A stretch of 64,000 nucleotides of DNA from Candidatus Latescibacterota bacterium (GTDB lineage: Bacteria; Latescibacterota; UBA2968; UBA8231), in the NCBI GenBank assembly GCA_965205655.1, contig CBDBIJ010000022.1, forward strand, positions 21,758 to 85,757. Direction: 5' to 3'. Every line of letters begins with the position of its first letter. Positions within the stretch are counted from its first letter, which is position 1. A program made the position numbers and the translations under genes. Positions 37,147-46,053 of this stretch are shown in pieces. The notes below the pieces were generated by a model that saw nothing but the letters and a program-made list of their open reading frames with translations, did no database searches and had not been told where the DNA came from.

Positions 37147-38074
37147 CGGCTCCAACATGTCGGCAGCGCGATTGCGGCAGCGCGCGCCGTCCGCACGTTT
37201 TCGCGACATCGGTCGGCTCGAGGGTCACACGCTTCGTTGGCACAAGCGCGGCCGCGACGGCTCCGGGAAATGCGATGCGGAAGCCACCGGGATGGATTTA
37301 GACGTAGTCTGGGGAGTCCTGTTCGAGATCGACCGCTCTGAGAAGCCTCGGCTCGACGAGGCCGAAGGGCTCCATCATGGTTATGACGAGAAGGAAGTTG
37401 AGATCGCTACCGTCCAGGGGACGGTCAAGGCCCTGATGTATTGCGCCACCGACATTGCGCCTGCGCTCAGTCCTTATCACTGGTACAAGGCTTTCGTCGT
37501 TGCCGGCGCCAGACAGCACGGCCTACCCGAACCCTATGTCCGCGACCTCGAGCAGGTGGAGTCTGTCGGCGACCCTGACGCGAACCGTGCAGCCATCAAT
37601 TCCGAAATCGATCGCGGTGAGCCCTGCACGAACCGCATTGAGTTGGATGATCCGTTTGATCTGAATCGCTTCACGAGCGCCCAGCACGGTGTCTATGACC
37701 GTGCGCTCGCAGAATTGAGAGACGGCCGCAAGCGGACGCACTGGATGTGGTTCATCTTCCCGCAACTCGATGGATTGGGACACAGCACAACGGCGAAGCA
37801 TTACTCCATAAAGAGTATCGAGGAAGCTACACAGTATCTGAATCATCCGGTCCTTGGACGAAGGCTGCTGGAATGTACCCAGGCAGTTTGTACTATTGTG
37901 GGACGATCAGTCTCAGAGATCTTCGGCTACCCGGATGACCTCAAGTTCAAGTCTTCGATGACACTGTTCTCATGTTTTGCGGATCCAGACTCAATGTTTG
38001 ACCAGGCCCTCGATAAGTACTTTCATGGAAAGCAGGATGACGTGACACTCCAGCTACTGGAAAAGAGGAGATGA
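37121..38074 (+). CDS. Fusion protein: gamma-glutamylcyclotransferase-like (AIG2/GGCT) domain plus DUF1810 domain
   Basis: N-terminal FAYGSNMSAARLRQRAP...WGVLFEI...EG....Y is a GGCT-like pattern. C-terminal LNRFTSAQHGVYDRALAELRDGRKRTHWMWFIFPQLDGLGHSTTAKHYSIKSIEEATQYLNHPVLGRRL...DDLKFKSSMTLF is the DUF1810 pattern. TTG start. Confidence 0.7.
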   Translation: MDTFTNFAYGSNMSAARLRQRAPSARFRDIGRLEGHTLRWHKRGRDGSGKCDAEATGMDLDVVWGVLFEIDRSEKPRLDEAEGLHHGYDEKEVEIATVQGTVKALMYCATDIAPALSPYHWYKAFVVAGARQHGLPEPYVRDLEQVESVGDPDANRAAINSEIDRGEPCTNRIELDDPFDLNRFTSAQHGVYDRALAELRDGRKRTHWMWFIFPQLDGLGHSTTAKHYSIKSIEEATQYLNHPVLGRRLLECTQAVCTIVGRSVSEIFGYPDDLKFKSSMTLFSCFADPDSMFDQALDKYFHGKQDDVTLQLLEKRR

Positions 38075-38078
38075 TCCG

Positions 38079-38483
38079 ATGAATGCCACCGCTCGAGCAA
38101 CAACGAAGGTTCAGCAGACCGTTCCCCTCCTGTTCGTCTCCGAGATCTCCGAGTCACACGAATTCTATTGCGACGGCCTCGGCTTCGACATGGCGGGAAA
38201 GTGGGAGCCCGACGGACAACTCGCCTGGTGCCGGCTCCAGCACGGCGGCGCGGCCCTGATGCTGCAGCAGGCCCGCGAGGAAGACCCGCCCGCGGACACG
38301 CGAGGCAAAGGGGTGACTTTCTACTTCATCTGCGACGACGCTGACGCATTGTATGAGGAAATCACCGGACGCGGTATCAAGGCATCCGAGCCGGCCGACG
38401 CCTTCTATGGAATGAGACAAACCTTCATCACCGATCCGGACGGCTACGAGCTGTGTTTCGAGAGCCCGACGAACGGTGGATAG
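38079..38483 (+). CDS. VOC / glyoxalase-bleomycin-resistance family protein
   Basis: 134 aa. ..VPLLFVSEISESHEFYCDGLGF.......DPDGYELCFE. Confidence 0.75.
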   Translation: MNATARATTKVQQTVPLLFVSEISESHEFYCDGLGFDMAGKWEPDGQLAWCRLQHGGAALMLQQAREEDPPADTRGKGVTFYFICDDADALYEEITGRGIKASEPADAFYGMRQTFITDPDGYELCFESPTNGG

Positions 38484-38529
38484 CGATTCCCTGGGCTTCT
38501 AAACCGCTGCAGCAATCTGAGAGGCCAAA

Positions 38530-38931
38530 ATGAAGCAGGCAACCGATGCAACCACCGCCATCACATCCATATCCCCCTTCTTTATCGTCAGCGATTTTTC
38601 GTCGGCGACGGCTTTCTACCGCGACATGCTTGGCTTTGAAATCCGGCTTCAGACCCCCGATGACGAACCCTTCTTCGCGATTCTTGGGCGCGATGGCGTT
38701 TCCCTGATGGTGAAAGAGATCGCTCCCGACGTACCTCCGCAGCCGAATCCAACGCGACACGAATGGGCTCGATGGGACGCCTTCGTTCACACACCCGATC
38801 CCGACGCACTGTTTGACGAGTTCGAGAAGCGCGGTCTGACTTTTCATCAACCTTTGGGGGATACCGACGATGGACTGCGCGGTTTTGAGGTACAGGATGT
38901 GGATGGGTACGTACTCTTCTTCGGTCGGTAG
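38530..38931 (+). CDS. VOC / glyoxalase-bleomycin-resistance family protein (paralog of the preceding gene)
   Basis: 133 aa. ..SPFFIVSDFSSATAFYRDMLGFE...FEVQDVDGYVLFFG. Confidence 0.75.
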   Translation: MKQATDATTAITSISPFFIVSDFSSATAFYRDMLGFEIRLQTPDDEPFFAILGRDGVSLMVKEIAPDVPPQPNPTRHEWARWDAFVHTPDPDALFDEFEKRGLTFHQPLGDTDDGLRGFEVQDVDGYVLFFGR

Positions 38932-38935
38932 CGAA

Positions 38936-39331
38936 TCAACGACCCCAGGCGCTGCCGACCGCCACCGACTCGCCGCGCTGGTTCTCGCACCATACTTCCA
39001 GCTTCAGCCCGCCTTCCTCTTCAGCGACGACTTTCCCTCTGGCGCGTAGCTCGTCGTCGGGCGCGACGATGGCGATGAACGCCAGCTCCATCCGCCCGCC
39101 CTCCGTCCATGCATCGCCGAAGCTGTCCAGCATCATCTCGGTGAGGTATCCCATGTACATCGTCGCCGACGCGATCGGGACAGGCAAGCCGCAGCTGCGG
39201 GCCGTCTCCTCGTCGGTGTGGATGTTCTTGTTCGGCCAGCCGGAGAAAGCCCGCATGCGTTCGAGCGTCACCGCTTTGGGACGTCCTTCTATCTCATCTC
39301 CGACCGCGAATCGACCATTGTCCTCGCTCAA
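38936..39331 (-). CDS. MaoC-like (hotdog-fold) dehydratase subunit
   Basis: 131 aa. ..NIHTDEETARSCGLPVPIASATM.. is a MaoC hydratase-type motif. Confidence 0.7.
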   Translation of the reverse strand: MSEDNGRFAVGDEIEGRPKAVTLERMRAFSGWPNKNIHTDEETARSCGLPVPIASATMYMGYLTEMMLDSFGDAWTEGGRMELAFIAIVAPDDELRARGKVVAEEEGGLKLEVWCENQRGESVAVGSAWGR

Positions 39332-39344
39332 CGGGAACCTCCTT

Positions 39345-39794
39345 TTAACCAGACGTCTCGTCTGAGCCCTGCCCCTGCACCCACGTGGAGGTCATTCGGC
39401 GAATCAGCACCTCCGCGCCTCCATCCTCGAGGACTCGGCACTCGAACACGGTATACGGCCGGTCGCGCTTGGTGTAGCGTTCAAGCACCTTCCACAGCAC
39501 ACGAAAAGTCGTCCCGGCCCGCCCCGGTCTCAAGAAGGTCACCTCGTCCTTGGCGTGCACGTGGCCCATCCCCTGCGGCAGTACGTGAGAAGAGCTGCGC
39601 GTGGGGTTGCTCTGATTCAGCAGGATGCTCGGGTGAACCCATGGATCACCGTTCGTCGACCCTTCGGTGTAGCGCGCGCTCGTGTCCTGGACAGCCTCCA
39701 GATACTTGCGGTTCATCTCTTCGCTGACATGGATCTCGTAGGGCGCGATCTCATCCTCGGGGCCGAACTGGTCGATGGTTTTGGTTTGTGCCAT
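39345..39794 (-). CDS. Hotdog-fold protein (MaoC N-terminal-like partner subunit)
   Basis: 149 aa from ATG 39794 (MAQTKTIDQFGPEDEIAPYEIHVSEE...). It lies 1 nt after the crotonase stop and 13 nt before the MaoC gene. Confidence 0.55.
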   Translation of the reverse strand: MAQTKTIDQFGPEDEIAPYEIHVSEEMNRKYLEAVQDTSARYTEGSTNGDPWVHPSILLNQSNPTRSSSHVLPQGMGHVHAKDEVTFLRPGRAGTTFRVLWKVLERYTKRDRPYTVFECRVLEDGGAEVLIRRMTSTWVQGQGSDETSG

Positions 39795-39795
39795 G

Positions 39796-40548
39796 CTACT
39801 TTGCCTTCCACACAGGTTTGCGTCTCTCCTTGAACGCCCGCAGACCTTCCTGCGCATCCTCCGTTTTCTCCACGTCTTCGAGGATCTGGCCGGCTAGTTT
39901 ATAAGCTTCGTCCGCAGGCAGGGAGAGCGTTCGTACCGTCGCCTCCTTCATAGCCCTGACGGCGAGCGGCGCATTCTCCAGAATCCTGTCGGCCATGGCC
40001 TTCGCTTCGGTCATCAGCTGATCGTGGGGTACGACGCGGTTGACCAGACCCAGCTCCAAGGCCTCCTCCGCATCGATGAACTCACCGGTTAGAAGAATCT
40101 CGAGCGCTTTGTTCAGCGGCACCCGCCTGGCCAGCATCGTCGGACCGCTGATCGAAGAGAGGCCTCGCTTGACCTGGGGCCAGCCGAAGCGGCCCTCCTC
40201 TTGCGAGACAATGCAGATATCCGACGACAGGGCCAGGGCCGTGCCCTGCGCCAGGCAAACCCCGTTCACCGCACTGATCAGCGGCTTAAAGGTTTCAGTC
40301 TGCAACGTATAGAGTTCGTGGAATGACGGCTTGGCGCCGGCGAACGGCTCGTTCAGATCGTGGCCGGCGCAAAACGCTTTGCCCCGCCCGGTGATCAAAG
40401 CCGCCCACACATCGTCGTTCTGTTGAATGTCGGTGAAGACGTCCCACAGCTCAGTGCGCATCTTCGCGTTCACGGCATTCATCATCTCGGGCCGATTCAA
40501 CGTGATGGAGGCCAGATTGTTCTCGATGCGATATTCGATCGTTTCCAT
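39796..40548 (-). CDS. Enoyl-CoA hydratase/isomerase (crotonase) family
   Basis: ..ITLNRPEMMNA.....VWAALITGRGKAFCAGHDL....AVNGVCLAQGTALALSSD.. is the crotonase oxyanion-hole pattern. Confidence 0.88.
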   Translation of the reverse strand: METIEYRIENNLASITLNRPEMMNAVNAKMRTELWDVFTDIQQNDDVWAALITGRGKAFCAGHDLNEPFAGAKPSFHELYTLQTETFKPLISAVNGVCLAQGTALALSSDICIVSQEEGRFGWPQVKRGLSSISGPTMLARRVPLNKALEILLTGEFIDAEEALELGLVNRVVPHDQLMTEAKAMADRILENAPLAVRAMKEATVRTLSLPADEAYKLAGQILEDVEKTEDAQEGLRAFKERRKPVWKAK

Positions 40549-40563
40549 GTCACCTCGCTTACT

Positions 40564-41889
40564 TTACACGGCTTCCGGCCGCCGATCGACGAAGTGCTGA
40601 AACTTGTAGCGCCCGTCGTCTCCCACCAGCTGATCCCTTCCCGTGAACTCGATGCGCGGCGTGATCTCGATGGTCCGGCTCACGCGACTGAGAACGAGCG
40701 GCTCGATCGACTCCCTGGCTTCGGGGGCACACGCCACGCGCACCACCAGGATGTCCATGGAGAAAGGATCGGCCGGATCCGCCTTGGTCACGATGGACTG
40801 GTATTCCTCGACACCCTCGATGTCGCACAGCACCTCGTCGAGGTTTTCGGGATTAACCAGCAACCCCTTGACCTTGACCATTCGACCATGACGTCGCGGC
40901 GGACTGACGAACCGCGGGCCGGTCTTGCCGCAATCGGGACAGGGATCGACCATCAGCCGTGAAAGATCGCCCGTGGCATAGCGCAGCAGCACGGTCCCGC
41001 GCCGGTTGAGATGGCTGATGACGACGAGCCCTTCTTCGCCGTGCGGCACAGGCTCATGATTTTTCGGATCCACGATCTCCAGATGGAAGAATTCGGGGTA
41101 GGGCAAATGAAAGGCTCCCCCTTCCCTGCACTGGTAGGTCGGCCCCTGCATCTCCGTAAAGCCATAGCCGTTCTGCACTGCCACATCGGTCGCCCCAATC
41201 GCCTCGAGGCGCGCTTTGAGGTCTTCGCGAAACGGCTGCGGGCAGGGCTCGCCCATGGCAAAAACCAGGCGCACGGCGGAAAGATCAGCGCCGATCTCCT
41301 GGGCGCATATCACCAGCCTGCGCACGAAGGTGGCGATCCCCCACAACACGGTAGTCCCATGGGCCTCGACAAAACGCACGGCCTCCTCGGTGTGGCGTCC
41401 CTCGAGCATGGGCTCGTAGCCGCGACCGGGCATGACCGTCACCATCCGCGCTCCTGCACCCTGCGCCCCGTACTGGGCACTCAGAAATCCCTGGTGCTGA
41501 ATCGCCGTGAGGGGAAACAGGTTGGCCACCACGTCGCTCTCGCCGATCCCGGTCAACTCGGCAAAGCGTTTCATCTGGGCCATGCGGGCGTAGTGGTCGT
41601 GGCTCGTGTCGTAGAACGGGGTCGGATGGTCTGTCGATCCGGTCGTGTAGATGACGTTCCACAGCGAGCGTTCCTGGATCGAGAGGTCGTCGAGATCATC
41701 GAGGGCCAGGCGGAACTGCTCGGGGTGCGCCATCCACACCGCCTTCTCGGTCACGGGAAGGCGAGCCAGGTCCTCGGGCGTATCCAGATCCTTGCGCTGC
41801 AGACCCAGTTCCCCGAACACCTTCTGATAGTGGGGATGCGCCCGAAAGCAAAGATCGATTGTTTTCCGAAAGCCGGTGAGCCGCTCCAC
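40564..41889 (-). CDS. Phenylacetate-CoA-ligase-like adenylate-forming enzyme (PaaK / F390-synthetase family)
   Basis: 441 aa. ..VIYTTGSTDHPTPF.. (P-loop-like AMP motif) and ..YATGDLSRL... The size and C-terminal domain pattern resemble PaaK. Confidence 0.7.
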   Translation of the reverse strand: MERLTGFRKTIDLCFRAHPHYQKVFGELGLQRKDLDTPEDLARLPVTEKAVWMAHPEQFRLALDDLDDLSIQERSLWNVIYTTGSTDHPTPFYDTSHDHYARMAQMKRFAELTGIGESDVVANLFPLTAIQHQGFLSAQYGAQGAGARMVTVMPGRGYEPMLEGRHTEEAVRFVEAHGTTVLWGIATFVRRLVICAQEIGADLSAVRLVFAMGEPCPQPFREDLKARLEAIGATDVAVQNGYGFTEMQGPTYQCREGGAFHLPYPEFFHLEIVDPKNHEPVPHGEEGLVVISHLNRRGTVLLRYATGDLSRLMVDPCPDCGKTGPRFVSPPRRHGRMVKVKGLLVNPENLDEVLCDIEGVEEYQSIVTKADPADPFSMDILVVRVACAPEARESIEPLVLSRVSRTIEITPRIEFTGRDQLVGDDGRYKFQHFVDRRPEAV

Positions 41890-41944
41890 GCTGGACGTTC
41901 GCTCCCTTCATCGCCGACATCGCCACCGACGATATCACGATCAG

Positions 41945-41973
41945 TCTTTAAAGGCGGCGTTAGCTTCTGTCAA
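41945..41973 (-). promoter_or_regulatory. Candidate sigma70-type promoter for the ligase/crotonase/hotdog operon
   Basis: Minus strand: TTGACA (41973-41968), 17 nt, TAAAGA (41950-41945), about 55 nt upstream of the ligase start. Sequence match only. Confidence 0.3.
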
Positions 41974-42206
41974 GATGGATCGATTGCACAATCTCGAGAG
42001 AGTTGTGAAGGCGCGGGGTCGTCTCAGAAGGTCACCCGCACCAGCTCGACGGGAGGCACCTGGCCCCCCGGGGCCCCGTGTCGGACAAGCACCCCGAGGG
42101 TCAGCAGCGTGGTTGGCGTGGGCAGCGAAACGTTCACCGTATTCGGCGACTGCTCCGCTCTGGACGTCGCGCGCTCCCCCCAGCCCCTCGTCGCCCGCTG
42201 CGTGAA

Positions 42207-43433
42207 TCAGACACCCATCGCCGATCCGACCATCGCCGATACCTTCAACGTTCTGTCGCTGTCGGCGCCGAGCGTGTACATGAGGCCGTTGCCCACGATG
42301 CCGCCTGCGTAGGCGCCGACGCTGATCATGCGAGCCCGGCCGAGGGTATAATTCTCGTCCCCGCTGAAGCGGTATCCGAGTAGGGCCCCCACCGGCAGAC
42401 CCACCATGGCGGACCCGACGTAGAGCCGCGGATGCTCGCCGTCGTCCACCAGGTCGATCAGGGTCAGCGCGGCGCTGGCGCCCAGAAACCCGCCGAGCGT
42501 GATCAGATGCGCCCTCCCGCGGTTGATCGGCCGATCCCGCACCAGGCGGGTCGCTACCATCGCCCCGGCGGGCACGCCGGCCATCGCCGACGCCAGGTAT
42601 ACCCGGGCCTCGGCGGAGTTGCTCAGGTTGCTGATGTCGATGGCGTAGGGGATGGCCACCCCGTAAAGGCTTCCGACCCACATCCCGGTGCTGATCAGAT
42701 CCGCCTCCCCCTTGCCGATCGACCTCTGCGAGCTGAGTCGGTACGCCAGGTAACCGCCGGCCGGGGTCATCGCCATCGACGACAGGGCGTACACCCTGAC
42801 GCTGTCAACCTCGAACAGGGCCGGAATCCCCAGCCCGTAGAACGTGCCCGCATAGTTGCCCCACCGTACCAGCTTCGTGCGTCCGTAACCGAGGCGGTAG
42901 TCCTTCGTCGCGTTCAGCGCCCCCGCAAAGGAACCACCGGCGACCAGCAGCTCCACACCGGTTGCTGCACGTCCCTTGATGTCGATGAGGACGATCATCC
43001 CCGGTCCGTACAGCGCCAGCCCATACAGGAACACATCGGTGACCATCCGCAGGCGGCCCTCCTTCTCCGCCTCCGTCGACACATCCTTCCGGGCACCCGC
43101 ACGGATGGCCGCGTCCTGCGACTCGATCTTGTCTCGCAGCTCCCCGAGCTCGGTGTCGGATAGAGCGATCTGCTCGACAAACCTATCTTTGTCGCGCCGG
43201 TACGAGATCCTCAGCCAGTAATGCTTTCCCTTGCTCACGACCTCGGCGAGGAGGAAACCTCTGTACTCGGCGAACAGGTCGTATTTTGCCCGTTCCGCCG
43301 GGTCAATCTCGTACCCCACCGACTCGGTGATGGCGACGATTCTCTCCACCATCGGCTGCGCCTCAGAACGAGCGCACATCAGGCAAGAAAACAGGGCGCA
43401 CCCGATCACCGACGTGCTATGCTTGCGAGTCAT
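42207..43433 (-). CDS. Hypothetical signal-peptide membrane protein with four tandem ~60-aa two-helix repeats
   Basis: Signal MTRKHSTSVIGCALFSCLMCARSEA, a ~110-aa soluble domain, then four repeats. Repeat pattern: ..[IL]G.G[RE]A.L[IV]..G.[YWF].G........R[VL]Y..S[AS]M[AV]G.P.G.....R... No family recognised. Confidence 0.6.
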   Translation of the reverse strand: MTRKHSTSVIGCALFSCLMCARSEAQPMVERIVAITESVGYEIDPAERAKYDLFAEYRGFLLAEVVSKGKHYWLRISYRRDKDRFVEQIALSDTELGELRDKIESQDAAIRAGARKDVSTEAEKEGRLRMVTDVFLYGLALYGPGMIVLIDIKGRAATGVELLVAGGSFAGALNATKDYRLGYGRTKLVRWGNYAGTFYGLGIPALFEVDSVRVYALSSMAMTPAGGYLAYRLSSQRSIGKGEADLISTGMWVGSLYGVAIPYAIDISNLSNSAEARVYLASAMAGVPAGAMVATRLVRDRPINRGRAHLITLGGFLGASAALTLIDLVDDGEHPRLYVGSAMVGLPVGALLGYRFSGDENYTLGRARMISVGAYAGGIVGNGLMYTLGADSDRTLKVSAMVGSAMGV

Positions 43434-43511
43434 CTCGACGGCACTCCTCTACCTGAATGTCGTCACTTACGCTGAAACCGTCACCTGATGAGCAAAGGAG
43501 ACCTCTGACAC

Positions 43512-43990
43512 ATGGACTGCCCCCGTTGCCTTGCAACTCTATAACGCTGCGCCTGGCCGCACAGGAAGATTTCGAAGGAATCGTTCGCAAAGTCGCCGAA
43601 ATCGGATACGTCGGAGTTGAGACTGCCGGTTTTCCGGGCACGACGGTCGAAGCACTGGGGATCACTCGCATAGTCGCCGGCCTGGGGCCCGATCAGTTTG
43701 CGTCGATCGAACAGATCAAGGAATCCTGTGACAAGTTCAACGAAGCGTCCGCGAACTCTGCAGAAAAGGGCTTTACGTTCGGAATCCACAATCACTGGTG
43801 GGAGTTTCAGAAAGTCGAGGGTGACCTCGTTTTGAGGCACATGCTCGACCATCTGAGTTCGGACATCTTCTTCGAGGTTGACGTTTACTGGGCGCAGACC
43901 GTTGGAGCCGATCCGGCCGGCGCCATTGCCGAGCTTGGCGGCCGAGAAGAGCTTCGCATTCCTGACCGACAAAGGCTACGCGCGCGGTAG
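43512..43990 (+). pseudogene. Degraded sugar-phosphate isomerase/epimerase (xylose-isomerase-like TIM barrel) remnant
   Basis: AAGGAG then ATG 43512. Family-like segments sit in different frames: M-D-C-P | VALQLY | TLRLAAQEDFEGIVRKVAEIGYVGVETAGF... and ...FGIHNHWWEF...FEVDVYW... Frame changes occur at the C5 run 43520-43524 and at AA 43543-44. It appears to lack an internal segment and the C-terminal ~70 aa expected for the family; the next gene starts 22 nt later. Confidence 0.5.
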
Positions 43991-44012
43991 ATAGGGAGGC
44001 TGCAGAGCAGGC

Positions 44013-45242
44013 CTATTCGAGCCGAAAGAAACTGCCCGCCATGTGTCGCGTGCCGCCGAAGTTGTTGCCGTCATCCTCCATGAAGTAATAGGCCGCGAAG
44101 ATGCGTCCGTCATCCAGCTGGGTCGCCACCACGTAGCCCAGATCCCAGTCGCTGGCGTCACCCCTGACGACGGCTTCGGCTGACCACGTCGCTCCGTCGT
44201 CCTCGCTCACTATGACGCCGATCCCTCCCGGAAGTTGCCTGCGGTCGAACACCACCGCGATCCGACCGTCCCGCAGCAAGAGCGGCCAGCACGAGCGGTA
44301 GCGCGGACCTGATTGGGCCCCCGACCAGATCGGCGCCCGGCTCAGCTTCGCCCACGGCGACTGTCCCCACCCGACCATCGATTTCGGCTCACTCCAGGTG
44401 TAGCCGCCGTCGTCGGAGTAGTTCATCTGCAGGCACGTGCGGATGCCACCGTTGTTGAGCATGTAGCACTGGAGCCGGCCGGAAGGCAGGAGCAGGAAAT
44501 CGGCGTACACCGGCCGGCCGTTCCCCGTCGGGTCGCGCGCTACTTCACTCACGTAATTCCAGCTGAGGCCATCGTCTTCCGAACCGTAGGCGGCCACCAC
44601 ACTCTGCGGTTCCCCCTTGCCGCCGGCCGCTTTCCCGGAGTTTCTGTTGTCCGCCGTCACCGGCGTCAACACCGTTCCGTCGGAGAACTTGGCCAGGGGA
44701 TAGACATCGGCGTGCATGTAGTTGTGTCCGCGCGGCGGCCGCAGCCGCGTTGGCACCTGCTCCCAGGTGCGGCCGCGATCGCCCGACCGCCAGGCGAAGC
44801 ATTCCATGGTGGGCTCGCCGTCCTCGTTTTCCACACCCGTCTTCGGCCGGCCGAAGTAGATCGCCGCGTCGGCGCTGCTCAAATCGATCTCTTCGCGTGC
44901 TACCCCTGACTCGTCCGCCTTCCACAGCAACTTGCGGTGCTCCTCCAGCGGGCGGTTGAAGTCCCACACTACGACGTCGTTCTCGCGCTTCCAGGTCCTC
45001 CCGTGGTCGAGCGAGCGCTGCAGCAGTATCTGACAGCGGCTCTTGTAGCCCAGCGGGTCCCAGCCGTGCCTGATGTCCTCGCGGCTCTCGTAGGTCGACT
45101 GCGCGTGATGGTGGAGTACGGCGATCTCGCCATTGCCGAAATTGTAGATGCCGCACTGCCGCGGGTGGCCGCAGTAGCGGTCCTTGCTGTAGCAGAGCTT
45201 GATGTGATGTATATCCGTCAGTTCCGGTACATCGCGCTTCAT
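44013..45242 (-). CDS. BNR-repeat (sialidase-like) glycoside-hydrolase-family protein
   Basis: Five Asp-box-like motifs: SLDHGRTW, SGDRGRTW, SEDDGLSW, SDDGGYTW, SEDDGATW. I prefer ATG 45242 (MKRDVPEL..) with a GAGGAGAG RBS. No signal peptide. Confidence 0.75.
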   Translation of the reverse strand: MKRDVPELTDIHHIKLCYSKDRYCGHPRQCGIYNFGNGEIAVLHHHAQSTYESREDIRHGWDPLGYKSRCQILLQRSLDHGRTWKRENDVVVWDFNRPLEEHRKLLWKADESGVAREEIDLSSADAAIYFGRPKTGVENEDGEPTMECFAWRSGDRGRTWEQVPTRLRPPRGHNYMHADVYPLAKFSDGTVLTPVTADNRNSGKAAGGKGEPQSVVAAYGSEDDGLSWNYVSEVARDPTGNGRPVYADFLLLPSGRLQCYMLNNGGIRTCLQMNYSDDGGYTWSEPKSMVGWGQSPWAKLSRAPIWSGAQSGPRYRSCWPLLLRDGRIAVVFDRRQLPGGIGVIVSEDDGATWSAEAVVRGDASDWDLGYVVATQLDDGRIFAAYYFMEDDGNNFGGTRHMAGSFFRLE

Positions 45243-45303
45243 TGATCCATCTCTCCTCTTCGAGCTCAATGCACCGCCGGCTTGAGCCCTTCATGACTGA
45301 CCA

Positions 45304-45900
45304 CTACTTCTTCTTCGTCAGGACTTGCTCCCCACCCGCATCGTCGGTGAGGGTCAGCACATCGCCGCTGATGGAATACCGCGTCGTGTTGCTCAGGCTA
45401 ACGGTAACCGTATTGCCATCTGCGGACCAGAGACCCTCTTCGAAAACATCCCCCCATAGGTATGTGCCGTCGCTGCTGAACACGAGCCTGTCGCTGTCGC
45501 CGTCGACCCAGGTCACACCTGTGAGAGTGGCGGTATCTCCGTCAGTGGTGAAAGAATAGTCCGGAAGATCGGACCCACCGAGCGTGACCGTTGTAAATTC
45601 CAGCTCACCATCTGAGATCTCGTAGCGGTAACTTCCCCCTGGCAGTATCATGGTTAGCTTATCGCCGTCCACCGACCAGCTGCCTGTCGCCTGTATTCCG
45701 GATACGCCCGCTTTCAGGGTGCCATCGTCCTCGAAGGTGAATGTTATTTCACCTACATCCTCGTCCTGGACGGTCCAGGAGCCGAATAGTTGGTCGTCCA
45801 GATTGTCCGCTCCGGGCGCAGTTGGTTTGTCGTCGCCACACCCGGCCAGAGCGACCGCCCCAGCGCAAAAAGCCGCACCAACTGCGAAGGATCTTCGCAT
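45304..45900 (-). CDS. Hypothetical lipoprotein
   Basis: MRRSFAVGAAFCAGAVALAGC|GDD lipobox. AAGGAGG RBS 8 nt upstream of ATG 45900. Beta-rich, with repeated ..TFxxDGT.. segments. Confidence 0.65.
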   Translation of the reverse strand: MRRSFAVGAAFCAGAVALAGCGDDKPTAPGADNLDDQLFGSWTVQDEDVGEITFTFEDDGTLKAGVSGIQATGSWSVDGDKLTMILPGGSYRYEISDGELEFTTVTLGGSDLPDYSFTTDGDTATLTGVTWVDGDSDRLVFSSDGTYLWGDVFEEGLWSADGNTVTVSLSNTTRYSISGDVLTLTDDAGGEQVLTKKK

Positions 45901-46053
45901 GACTGAATCCTCCTTTCTCATCTTAACCTCGGTGCAACAACACATGCCTGCAAAGTCCGCATGCGTCCTACAATACCGGGGTTTTGGCAATCTGTGCCCA
46001 TTCCCTACCTTCTCGCCTTCACGCGCCTATTTCTTAATTCTTAATCGAAACCC

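Noticed and set aside
41890-42206. A possible small gene in the 317-bp gap between the repeat-membrane-protein gene and the ligase gene (for example ..VNVSLPTPTTLLTLGVLVRHGAPGGQVPPVELVRVTF)
   Set aside because: It has no convincing start codon or RBS. The frame is closed by a stop just upstream. The only listed ORF here (41941..42681) is a shadow ORF.
40360-42312. Plus-strand ORFs 40360..40962 and 41011..42312
   Set aside because: They are antisense to the crotonase and PaaK-like ligase genes and have shadow-ORF composition.
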